Both the position numbers and the translations under genes were made by a program. This document shows, in pieces, positions 36,128 to 47,693 of a DNA stretch of 47,693 nt; position 1 is the first letter of the stretch, and every line of letters starts with the position of its first letter. The DNA lies in NCBI RefSeq assembly GCF_001194135.2, contig NC_068983.1:38009742-38057434 (forward strand), written 5' to 3'. Origin of the DNA: Octopus bimaculoides. Lineage: Eukaryota. Under the pieces are notes generated by a model. It was not told the origin of the DNA. It saw only the letters and a program-made list of their open reading frames with translations, and made no database searches.

Positions 36128-36804
36128 TATTCTTTTCTACTCTAGGCACAAGGCTTGAAATTTTGGGGTAGAGGGCAGTGAATTAGATCGACCCCAGTAC
36201 GCAACTGGTACTTAATTTATTGATCCTGAAAGGATGAAAGGCAAAGTCAACCGCGGCGGAATTTGAACTCAGAACATAAAGACAGACAAAATACCACTAA
36301 GCATTTTGCCTGGCATGCTAACATTTCTGCCAGCTTGCCACCCTTAGCAGTTATATATTCTTTTCTACTCAAGGCACAAGGCCTGAAATTTTGGGGAAGA
36401 GGGCCAGTCGATTAGATTGACCCCAGTATGCAACTGGTATTTAATTTATCGACCCCGAAAGGATGAAAGGCAAAGTCGACCTTGGTGGAATTTGAACTCA
36501 GAACATAAAGACAGACAAAATACTGCTAAGTATTTCGCCCGGCATGCTAACATTTCTGCCAGCTCGCCGCCTTGAAAGTGTGATACATATTCTTTTCTAC
36601 TCTAGGCACAAGGCCTGAAATTTTGGGGGAGGAGATCAGTCGATTAGATCGACCCAGTATGCAACTGGTACTTAATTTATCAACCCCGAAAGGATGAAAG
36701 GCAAAGTCGACCTCGGCGGAATTTGAACTCAGAACGTAATGGCAGACAAAATACTGCTAAGCATTTCACCTTGTGTGCTAAGATTTCTGCCATCTCGCCA
36801 CCTT
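36128..36804 (-). mobile_element. Head-to-tail SINE-B trimer (36128-36345, 36356-36573, 36588-36804)
   Basis: Three full-length copies; flanking 10-bp direct repeat AAGATCAATA at 36116-36125 and 36805-36814. Confidence 0.95.
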
Positions 36805-36884
36805 AAGATCAATAAACATTGCAGAAATTATGTATAGCACTCTGTTATTTGTATAACAGTAACAGCAACAACAATAATTGTTTA

Positions 36885-37093
36885 TCACATTGGCACAAGG
36901 CATGGAATGTGGGGAAGATGGTCAGTTGAATTAAGTCAACCCCAGCAATTGAGTGATGCCTTAGTTTATCAACCCTGGAAGGATTAAAGGAAACTGACTT
37001 TAGCTGGATTTGAACTTAGAAGGTACAAATGAAACAAATGTCACAAGGCGGCATTTTGTCTGATGTTCTAACAGTTCTGCAAATTCACCCCTA
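36885..37093 (-). mobile_element. Old SINE-B copy
   Basis: Degenerate central block. Confidence 0.65.
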
Positions 37094-37891
37094 TAATGTT
37101 GATGACAACAATGATGATGATGGTGGTGGTGGCAGCGAGGGCATTGAGGGTGGCTGCTTTTTAAGGTAGATTATGTGTTGGTGAAATAAAAAACTATACT
37201 TTCCTGTGGTTTTTATCTTGATAAAGGGTTTGAAGTGAGCACTGCATGTGGAAGTTCCTCAGTTCTCATCACTCTGCCAGCCAGTTAAGGCTCTCACAGT
37301 GAAAACACAGGCTTCCAAGCTAACTAGAAATGTTCCTCTATTTATCTGAATGCTGATGTCTATGGATTTGACACCGAGGGGTCAGGTTTATGCATGAAGT
37401 CTTATGTTTTGGTTTTAAAATTTTATACTCTGTTATTTTGTTTTTTTTGTTCACTATTTTTCTGCTTGATTTGTTTTTGTTGGTTGATAGTTTATAGATA
37501 TTAACAGTCAGTGTTTATTATTTGAGAAATCTGTTTCTTCTTTGAAATAACATACCTCCTCTTGTTTTAACAAATGGGAAAGGCATCATTTATGAATAAA
37601 CAGAAGAGAAAAAACTTAGTTTAATTGTTCCGTTTAAATTCGTTACGGAGCATTAGAAAATTTACATTTTCATGCAACTGTTTTGTTGTATGTTACTCTA
37701 AAAGTGGCTGTTCTATCATTTAAGAGATTACTGGTGTAAGGAAAAGGTTGTTGACTTGAAAACTTATCTTTATACAGAGTTAACTGACATCTAAAAGGGT
37801 TGCTATATTGTGAAATATCTCACCCAAGGAAGGCAGTTTCATTAAATTTTATTATACTTTTCTTTTTTATTTACTTTAGATCTTAATCCGT

Positions 37892-38190
37892 GAAGGCACA
37901 GGCTCACAAGCATGAGGTTGTGAGTTCAATTCCCAGACCAAGCTGTGTATTTTGTTCTTGAGCAAGACACTCCAGTTCACTTAGCTATAAAAATGAGTTG
38001 CAACATCATTGGTGCCAAGTAGTATTGGCCTTTGCCTTTTCCTTGGATAACATTGGTGGTATGGAGAGAACAGAATGGGATGCATGGTTAACTGGTGGTC
38101 TTCCATAAACAACCTTGCCCAGACTTGTGCCTTGGGGGGGGGGGTTCTATGTGCAATCCCATAGTCATTTGTGACCAGAGGGGGTTTTTG
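37892..38190 (+). mobile_element. SINE family E (tRNA head, CORE-like TTGAGCAAGACACT)
   Basis: B-box GAGTTCAATTCCC followed by a body distinct from families A-C. Confidence 0.65.
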
Positions 38191-39454
38191 TCCTTTAATC
38201 TTAATCCATTCATTGATCATATATGATTTACTGATAAAAAATAGTTGGAGTAATTGAGTAGGGTGACTTGCCCTGACCAGTGTAACTCTTCTACAGCTGA
38301 TATCTCAAATGAGCTATGAGGTATGAATGTCTGGCCTGGATTTTAGCTACATTGGTCTTTTGCTAAATGAAATATTTCATCTGTGTACATCATGACTATA
38401 GTAGCAAACAAAAATATGGTAACAAAAAGATGCTCCTATGCTACAAATTTTGTGTTTTAAAATCTTACTTCAAGATTTCAGTATAATTTATGTTTCAAAC
38501 ACCAACTTTATTTGTACAAAATTATTTTGCTAAACACTTCATTGTTTTCAATATTCATTGAAGCAAAAGCAGCATATTTCAACAGAAATATGGTAACAAA
38601 AGTATTAACGAATTTGTAAGGGTTAATTCATTGTTGGTACCTTCAGAGTTAGGAAGTTGTATTTTGTTAACATCTTGGTTATCATCAATAATGTGTGAAA
38701 AAAGAAAACAACACTTTTTTTTTTGATTACACCATTGTGTTGACAAAAGACTGTCTTTGGCCATATTTCTGACAATAATGTCAGGTTTCATCTATCTAGA
38801 CATCTCATCTTTGACAATAATATTCTTTTTTTTTTTTTTTATAGCTTCTTCAATTTATGTGTTTTCAAACAAATTCCAATTGTTACAAGGTTGTCATGAA
38901 GATATGATAGGAAAGAAGTTTTATAGCAGCTGCCAAATTTCTTCAGCCTGCTTTCTTGGAAATTGCCAGGGTGGGCGATGATGGCAGAAATGTTAGATTG
39001 ATTCTGACAATGTGTAGGAACAGACACCACTGATCCCTCAACAATATCAAGACCCAGTTGTTTCCATCTATAATTTTTATAAAGTTATGTTGTGAAGCAT
39101 CTGGCCTGATGGATTGGGTGTTGCAGTCACATTTGTAAGACTTTAGCTTTGATTCCTGGGCTGAGTAAGTGCGTTGTGTTTTTCAACAAAACACTTAATT
39201 TCGTACAATTCTATATTTTCGGGACGAGGAAATTTATATCAAGTATTTATCTTAGTTGGACTGGTATCCTCATATTGAGTGTTGCTTTCACTACGTTTTG
39301 GCAGTCGTACACTCCAGCCTTCTTCAGATGTCTTGTGTCATAGCGAAAGCAACAATCAAGATGAGAATACCAGTCTGACTTGAGTAAATACAAAATACTT
39401 TTCATTTTGATCAAGACTGCTCAGTTGTGAACAAGTTCCAGCTATTGGTCATCA

Positions 39455-39700
39455 TCATCATCACCATCACCATCATTTAATGTTCATTGTCTATGCTGAA
39501 ATAGGTTGGACAGTTTGACTAGGTTGGCATACTGGAAGGCATGGTTTTCTTCTAGAGTGTAATGAGTGCTTTTACATGGGTGCCATTTGCGTGACACTGG
39601 TATTTTTCACGACTGTGATTTTGCTTGGCTTGATGCGTCTTCTTCTCAAGCATGACATAATGCTAACGGTCTTGGTCATTGCTTCCGTGAGGCCCAACAC
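39455..39700 (-). mobile_element. RTE 3' end remnant
   Basis: (CAT)n tail and GCTTCCGTGAGGCCCAACAC unit. Confidence 0.6.
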
Positions 39701-39901
39701 TTGACGCCACCGATGTTGTCCAAGGGGAAGTTAATTTTATGATGGACCAGAATCCTGTTCAGTGAGTGTGGAGAGTTTATTGTAATTTCAGTTACCTAGT
39801 TGCCATGTAAACTAGATAAAGTTCCAGCTTTATGATTCTTTGGGCCCATGATGAAGCCAAGTCTAAGTAAGTCTGTGTTGTTGATTTCATATATTCACTG
39901 C

Positions 39902-40165
39902 TAAGTGGTTAGGCTCACAATCATAAGATCATAAGTTCAATACCCTATGGAGCTTTGTGTCCTTGAGCAAAACACTTCATTTCATGTTGCCCCAGTCCAC
40001 TCACCTGGCAAAATACCTGTACCTGTAATTCAAAGAGCCAGCCTTGTCACACTGTGTATCATGCTGAATCCCCCTGAGAACAATGTTAAGGGTATGCATG
40101 TCTGAAGAGTGCTCAACCACTTGCACATTCCTCTTGATCAGATCAACTGGAAAATTTGTCATCAT
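39902..40165 (+). mobile_element. SINE with E-like CORE head and family-C 3' tail
   Basis: CCTTGAGCAAAACACT head joined to GTAATTCAAAGAGCCAGCCTTGTCACAC... Confidence 0.7.
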
Positions 40166-42914
40166 GACCAACAGATTGCCAAAATTAAAAAAATAAATAA
40201 TGATAAAGCAATGCTTGTAGTAGAAAGAATCTAATTTCTGATGCTCACTTTCAATTGTTCTCCATGCTAAGATATTGTTGAATATCATCTTGCAAATGTA
40301 TTGTAGAGATGCTGGCAAAGTTTTCCTCCTCCATGATCTGAACCTTAGAATTCAAATTTTCTCTGACATTAGCAGAGGAAATCAAATCTCTTTGTTATGC
40401 CACAACTTGTGTTTTGTCCATCTCACTGATAATGATGACAAAGTCCATCTTCTTTGTGTTTTCATGGAGGCATTATTCTGTGTCTTTTATAATATGTGGG
40501 TGTTCTACATTCATTGGGGTATGTGACTTCTGCTGATAGAATGTTGCGTATTATGCTACACACTGGGCTTTTAGATGTCTCAATGTGGTCCTAGAACATA
40601 CTGTGAATGGAACTTGTGAAAACAGGTCATGCACGATATTTTTTAACTGTTGACTGAGAATGTAATATTCCCACATTTTTACTTCAGTAAATGGAAGGAA
40701 AATTTCCATTAGAACAATTTCATAACTTCCATGTTATTTCATTTTTATTAACTTTTTATTTTTAAAGAGATCTTAATTTAAAATTATTTGTAGCTGTTTA
40801 TGTGATATGTTTTCTTGCTCATCTTAATATCTACATCATGAAAATGGAAATTGAAGTTTTATCCCTGGATATCAATGGTACTTGTGCAATTTCCTTTCGT
40901 TTCTCCTTAAAGTGAAAAGAAACAATAACAAAAAAACAAATAGATGTTATGTGTGAGCACTGAGGCACGGAATGGAAATGGTTATAAGGTCACTGTTTTC
41001 AAGTTTGTCAAAGGGACACCAGCTTTGACAAACAGCTTGATACTGTTCCTCACAGTGACAATCTTCCAGTTCAAAAGATATTCAAATAGCTTCCACACAT
41101 TGTTGTTCTTGTTGTTCATACTGCGTTGTGTTGTTTACCATACAGCATTGAGTGGCCTCCCATCAAATGAATGTTTGTGCATAAATTCTTTTAATGTTTG
41201 TAGTCTGGTGTATAAACTGTCACTCTGAAGTTCTTAGCGTGATTTCAATGGTAGCTGGAAATTCCCTCTGATGTATAACCACCAAATATAATAACCCATT
41301 GGAGAAAACTAAGTTAGCTTTGACAATTTGAGAATTCTTTAACTTTGCAAACCATTCTATAATTAAACAGTCTGTTTGGCTTGATACTTTGATATTTAGT
41401 GGCATGTTTCCTCTGAATTAATTTTAAAGATGAAATCTTTTTTTAAACAAATTGAATGGCTGAAGAAAGATAAACTAGATACACTTGCTTCTTATACTTG
41501 AGACTTCTTAAAGAATAAGCATTGCTAAACTGGTTTGACTTTGATCTGAAAACCTTTATTAACCCTATCCATATCATACTTTTGTTGAAATATGCTGCTT
41601 TGCTTCTATCAATATTAGAAATAATGGGAAAAAATCAGTGAAATAACATTTTCATTATTAAGCTGGTGTTTAGAACAAAAACAAATATGAAATTTTGATT
41701 GAAGGTTTTAAATTAGATCATGTTAAAACGGATTTGTATAATAAAACCAGGGATGGTTTCAAGCAAATTGTATCAAAATGGTTAAGAGAGACATATTAAA
41801 GATTTTGAAGCAGTTTCTTGTAAGCTGAGATTAAATGAATCAGTGCAATTGTATTTATACTCTCAGCTTTTGGATAAGAGATTGATGATTCTTTATCACC
41901 TTAGGCATTGCATCTCTTGCCTTTGGGCCATACATTTGAGAGAAAAGTCACATTTTTATATAATGAATCAAACGTGTGGTTAAATATTTATTTTATTTTA
42001 CATATTTTTATTTCTCAATTTGTGAACAGTTAACATCTTTAGCTACAGGTATTCAATGGATCAATTATTGGTTCACTGTATTTTTAGTTGATGAAACTGG
42101 CATAAATTTTATTGCTGTTTCTGACTTAAGTATGACAAGTTCTGATCAATCGTTTGTTTGTTTTTTGCAGTTTTAAATTGATTTTTTTCACACTAATGTG
42201 TGTGTGTGTGTGTGTGTTTTCCTTTGTCTTTATGTGTTTGGTGTTTGTAAACAAACAACAGCCTTACTATCAATGCAAGTGGAGTCATATGCTTGCTGTC
42301 ATCCATGAAAGCAAGTCTGAACTTCTTGACATGTGTTAACATGTTGTTCAATCTTCATAAACAAAGGACACATTCAAACAGTGTCTTTGGTTCCAGTTCT
42401 GGTTCCAATTCACTGCATAATTATGTGTGGATCATTTGTTGTTCAGTAGTCTAGCAGATTCTTACCTAACTGATGATTAGTTCCAGTTATATTATTGGAG
42501 AAAAGCATCCAGTTTTAAAACAATTACTTCACTGTACTAATCAGAATATATCAGCCACTCTAATTCTTTGAAAAGTCATCCAGTTTTACATAACTTATTT
42601 CTGATAAATGTCACTTGTATTTGTTTGGAAATACATCCGTTTTCAAAACACTTGCTTCAACAACTAGTGCAAATTTATCAATTTGTCTAACTGATAGTAA
42701 CATGGGATAAGTGTCTCTATATCCAGAAAGAAAGGAGAACTGGACTAAGCTTGTAAAGAATAATACTTTACAGAACAAGATCATTTATAAAAGAGCAGAA
42801 TAGTTTAACCATTTTAGAGTAATAGAATGAAATTTATCAGATTGAATAAACAAAGTCAAGTGCCTTAGAAACAATATTATTGTGAGCTCTTATGTTGAAG
42901 AATTTCTCATTTGT

Positions 42915-42963
<49 letters not shown>

Positions 42964-44029
42964 ATCTTGCAACTTGATTTCTGTTTGTTGATTTCTTGAT
43001 AAACCGTAGTCACAGTTTAGGTGGATGAATGTCTGTCTGCACTTTTAACATTTTTTGGCTAGTTTTCACTTTATATCAGATTCAACTCTTGCAGGATCTG
43101 TTATATATCTAACACACACTTACACACACACAGAGATTCATACTCACATATGCACACACAAGTGAATTTATTGCTGTTTTCTGTTTTTTGGTGCTAAACA
43201 ATTTATGTAAAAACCAGGATACACAAGCATAATGGGGTTTACTTTGGACAACACGAGAGTACTTTGGTGTAAAAATTTCAAACTTTCCTTAAACAAAGAT
43301 AAAATGGAGTGTCAAGCATTGTTGACAGAAATTTATTAGAATTGAGGATAGTTGTCCACCGAATTTAACTGCTTGTGACTTTGTATTCCAGTGCAAACCA
43401 AACATTTGTTGCCTTATAGGAAAAGAAGTGCTGTGTTGGTTGGTTGGTTGGTTGGTTGGTTGGTATGTGCTCATGTTTATTGTTGAGCTGCCCAGTTTGT
43501 ACTACATCTAAGTGTTTGTTTGTGCCTCCATCACAGATCATCTGTTTCCACTTGTGTTAGTTATTCACCAGTGATTCTCACTTGTACATATTAATGGCAT
43601 ACTTATTCAAATTCCTTTTATGTTTTTGAAACTCTTTCTCCTTCTTTTATGCACACATGATAGCCTAACATTTTTATTTGTTATTCTTATTTATTTGTTT
43701 ATTTGCTGAGCCTGGGGGTAGCAGCAGTGCCCAAGACCTTTACAGGCTCTTCTATACTAGTAAACTGTTACAAACCACCTCAGGAAAGATATGAGCAAGG
43801 AGAAGATTCCAGAAGGTCAATATATTCTGGTGAAGGATTAGGTATAGTGGTCAGTATAAAGCCAATGGGATTGAATACAACAGTGGCGATGAGTGGATCA
43901 GGGTTGCTTAAATGGTGCACTGAATTTGCTTAAGATGAGCCAGCTCTGAGGAAAAGAGGCCATTGTGACATTTGCATGACATGGCCTGTCCATTGAAATT
44001 AATCTAATCATGATTTTAATTCAAGAAAT

Positions 44030-44545
44030 ATCAGCTTCTTGAAGCCTGTTGACATTCCTCCTTCTTTCCTGTCATTAGATGAATGTGATTTTTCCTCAGG
44101 CATCTCTGATTGTGTATTTCCAGCTTATGGAGATTTCCCCTATAACTCATCCTGGTTTCAGAGTCATACAGGAGACTAGGTACAACAACTGCCTTATACA
44201 CCAGTGGTTTGGTAGTTTGTTTTGTGTCATGATCTTTACATACCAATCATTTCAGACAACCAATAGTTGCACTGAAACATTTAATCTGCTGTTTGACCTC
44301 CTGCTCAGTATTTAAGATTTGTGATACATAATTACTTAGATATGCGAAATGGTCTACATTTTCACCATATGTTCATATACCTTGATGCCTGGACCAAGTT
44401 CTTATATGCTGAAGTAAAACCTTTATTTTTCTCAAGCTGGAGTTAGACTCATGTTCTCACGAGCATTTGTGAAAATGGTGGTACTCATCTGTTGTTCTGA
44501 TAAAGGTGAACTGATTGTGACAGCATCATTTGTGTTCTGAAGTTA
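44030..44545 (-). mobile_element. Old RTE-BovB-like reverse transcriptase C-terminal fragment
   Basis: GENVDHFAYLSN...EVKQQI...KPLVYKAVVVPSLLYDSET...KLEIHNQRCLRK. Confidence 0.7.
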
Positions 44546-44714
44546 ATTTTCCAATGTAGACATGGTGGGTTTGGTAGGACAAATAGGAGAAACAGAACTC
44601 AGTACATGGGGATATAACTTATTTTTCTTTTGTTTTTAATCAGCAGAAAGTTATAAAGGTGACTTAAAGGCTGAGTGATTCATGTATGGCATTTATCAAA
44701 CTTTTGATTGTCGC

Positions 44715-45055
44715 CTCTTCTCAACCATGTAGTTCCATGTTCATTCACACTGCATGGCACCTTAGACAAGAATTTTCTACTGTTAGCTGAAACTGACCAC
44801 AGCCTTGGGAGTTGACTTATTAGACGAGAACTGGAAAAAGCCTGTGTGTGTGTCTGTTTGTCTCCCAACACTGCTTAACAACTGGTGTTAGTCTGTTTAC
44901 ATCCCTATAACTTAGCTGTTCAGTGGAGGGATCAATAGAATAAGTACCAGGTTAAAAAAAAAGTACATGGATCAATTTATTCAAGTAAAATTCTTCAATG
45001 CAGTGCCCCAGCATGGCAACAGTCTAATGACTGAAACAAGTAAAAGATAAAAGAT
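44715..45055 (+). mobile_element. SINE family A, old
   Basis: Colinear but diverged. Confidence 0.7.
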
Positions 45056-45124
45056 CCGAAATGTTAATAAATGCTCTATTTCACATTGATAAGCCAGTTA
45101 GTTGCCTTACTCAATTGTTTAGAA

Positions 45125-45410
45125 CAATGCGACTCAAAGTGGTGGCGCAGGTCTGCGAGCCATCAGCTGCCAGTATGTGGCAAGCTTCCAGAAAAGAAAG
45201 AAACATTATAAAATGCTTATGTAATATTGTATTATTTGTTTACAAAATAAATACGAGATAAAAAAAAAAATTGTCAACTTTTATTATATTCATTATATAT
45301 ATTGTTTTGGGTATAAATTGATATTACTAAGAAATATTACCGGTCCCTGGCACATCGGAAAAAAAAAACAAACTGCTGGTATGCCACATCAGATAGCTTG
45401 AGAAGTACTG
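45125..45410. mobile_element. hAT-type MITE
   Basis: CAATGCGACTCAAAG ... CTTGAGAAGTACTG imperfect TIRs; near-TSD GTTTAGAA versus GTTTTAGA. Confidence 0.55.
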
Positions 45411-46338
45411 GTTTTAGAAGACCACCCAAAAATTTTTTTCCACTATAGAAATACTGGGAAGAACATAATACACATAGACAATGAAAGTTAACAAAGAATC
45501 TCTAGCTTTAATACATGGACTGAACTATAACAGAAACATTATTCTGAGCTTGTCTAGTCTGCAGAATAATCTGAGGCTTGTGTGGATAAATTAGAAATGC
45601 TTTTTGGCTCCTTCCCAGTTTCTTTCAAGTGAAGATTGTTGTGGGAAGCTAATTTATCTGCTCCATGCTAGGAATGGCAGTGTTTTGATTATAGCTAAAT
45701 ATGCCTCTCACCCACAATCACTGTTCTATTCCCGATCCTTCCCACCCTCATTCTACCCCTACAAAACACACACATATACTCAAATTAGTTATTAATGTTG
45801 TTTGACAATCTTCTCTTTAAATCGTGTTCTTACTGTTCATTACCCACTGACATTACATGCAGTTTCTCTCTCCTCTCTCATTTTTTGTAACACGTAACAT
45901 CTAAAACACTATTAGGTGGGGTTTTTTTTCTCTTATGTTTTCTTTCTTTTTTTTATTTTATTTTTTATTTTTTTTTATCTAATATCAAGAATAATTGGGA
46001 AGAAAGTAAGTAGCTATGATGTAGGTTTCCTTTCATAAAATGATTTTCAGCACATAGAAATTAAGAGCATTAATTACTGTAGCCTTTTTGTTTTTGTTTT
46101 TAAATTCTTTATGTCTGACAAATGTTGACATCTGATTTCCTCAAAGACACTCTGTGTGATTAAGAAATGAAAAAATCCCAAAAGATGTACGTCTACGTGT
46201 GTATATATGAGTGTGTATATATGTGTGATGTGTATATGTTCATGTACTTTTTAATCTACTTTTAATGAATCTTTTACACTAACTTAAAGGCAACCGTTTT
46301 GACATGGACTTTGGATATAAGATTGCCTAGTTAACTAT

Positions 46339-46374
<36 letters not shown>

Positions 46375-46378
46375 GTAT

Positions 46379-46940
46379 GTGTGTGTGTGTGTGTGTGTGT
46401 CTGTCTTTGTCACTCACCCACTGCTGTTCGACAGGTGGTTCTGGTGTTTCCGTCCCCATAACTTAGTGGTTCAGTATAAGAGACTAATGAAATAAGTACA
46501 AGGTTTAAAAACAAGTACTTAGGTTGATTTGTTCAACTAAAATTCTTCAAGGTGGTGGTAAGTAACTTGCTTCCCAACCACATAGTACCGGGTTCAGTCC
46601 CACTGCATGGCACCTTGGGCAAGTGTCTTCTACCATAGCCTCGGGCTGACCAAAGCCTTGTAAGTGGATTTGGGAGATGGAAACTGAAAGAAGTCCGTTG
46701 TATATATATATATACATATGTACGTTTGTGTGTCTTTATTTGTTCCCACCACCATCACTTGATAACCAATGTTGGCTTGTTTACATCCCTGTAACTTAGC
46801 AATTCGGCAAAAGAGAACTGATAGAATAAGTTCTAGGCTTACACAGAATAAGCCCTGGAGTCGATTTGTTCAACTAAAGGCAGTGATCCAGCATGGCCGT
46901 AGTCAAATGACTGAAACAAATAAAAGAATAAACGAATAAA
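46379..46940 (+). mobile_element. Two fused SINE-A copies (3' half 46379-46556; near-full copy 46555-46940)
   Basis: Junction AAGGTGGTG|GTAAGTAAC. Confidence 0.8.
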
Positions 46941-47244
46941 AGAAATATAATACATATAAACATACTATTTATAGCTTAATATATTTTTAGTTTTTTAGAC
47001 TTTTTTTTATAGATTTTTCTCAAAAGGGAATGAAGTTCTCCAATGACAAATTAAACCATTATAAATATATATGTAGTTTATGACACCCAATAGCTTCAAG
47101 AACATTGGTATAAGTAGAGAATATCATAAAACCCCATGTAATCTTGAGGATTTATGCTTACCGTGTCAAAAGGGTAAATTTCAATGGCATCTAAAGTACT
47201 CTCAGTGTTCTTTAAAACAATTTAATCTATTATTCTTTTATTCT

Positions 47245-47460
47245 TTTATTTGTTTCAGTCATTTGACTGCGGCCATGCTGGAGCACTGCCTTTAGTCGAA
47301 TGAATCGACTCCAGGACTTATTCTTTGTAAGCCTAGTATTTATTCTATCAGTCTCTTTTGCTGAACCGCTAAATTAAAGGGGATGTAAACACACCAACAT
47401 TGGTTGTCAAACGATGGTGGGGAGGGACACAACACAAACAAACAAATACATACATACATA
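47245..47460 (-). mobile_element. SINE family A, 3' half
   Basis: Matches 24500-24720. Confidence 0.85.
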
Positions 47461-47693
47461 CATCGTCGTTTAACGTCCGCTTTCCATGCTAGCATCGGTT
47501 GGACGATTTGACTGAGGACTGGTGAAACCAGATGGCTCCAATCTGATTTGGCAGAGTTTCTACAGCTGGATGCCCTTCCTAACGCCAACCACTCAGAGAG
47601 TGTAGTGGGTGCTTTTACGTGTCACCTGCACGAAGGCCAGTCAGGCGGTACTGGCAACGGCTACGCTCATCTCGCTCGAAAAAACCTCATGTG
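47460..47693 (-). mobile_element. Young RTE 3' end running off the window edge
   Basis: CATCGTCGTTTAACGTCCGCTTTCCATGCTAGC..., CpGs retained. Confidence 0.85.

Noticed and set aside
40150-41410. Protein-like short frames on both strands
   Set aside because: Fragmented by stops; the 40.2-40.4 kb part weakly resembles a decayed LINE RT C-terminus, and no consistent exon could be built.
42268-42352. Minus-strand candidate exon LNNMLTHVKKFRLAFMDDSKHMTPLALI
   Set aside because: Plausible splice sites, but short, not phase-compatible with the next candidate, and unrecognised.
45111-45185. Minus-strand exon-like segment with strong acceptor and GTAAGG donor
   Set aside because: It overlaps a hAT-type MITE and has stops in all frames.
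46341-46400. (CA)n-(TG)n hairpin
   Set aside because: Juxtaposition of a CA tract with the TG core of SINE-A; common in this kind of genome.

Overview
This is AT-rich, repeat-saturated eukaryotic DNA with three assembly gaps. From memory of the SINE and LINE sequences it is very probably an octopus genome (inference, not a database result). About half the window is retroposon and DNA-transposon debris: at least four tRNA-derived SINE families (labelled A, B, C, E here), many 5'-truncated RTE LINE copies, an R4/Dong-type RLE LINE 3' end, mariner, piggyBac, hAT and Tigger-like remnants, fold-back MITEs and long degenerate microsatellites. Most listed ORFs are artefacts of triplet repeats, N-gaps or TE fragments. 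No complete gene, RNA gene or CRISPR array is supported, and I cannot establish a novel biological system. The best leads are: a SINE trimer flanked by a single target-site duplication (36.1-36.8 kb); an inverted pair of near-identical SINEs able to form a ~385-bp dsRNA (17.3-18.3 kb); SINE-B stacking in (TAA)n tracts alongside a Dong-like LINE; an RTE LINE whose 3' UTR seeds minisatellites; and one protein-like minus-strand exon (~20.65-20.9 kb) facing two plus-strand non-coding exon candidates. Repeat boundaries were placed by eye and are approximate unless a TSD is given.
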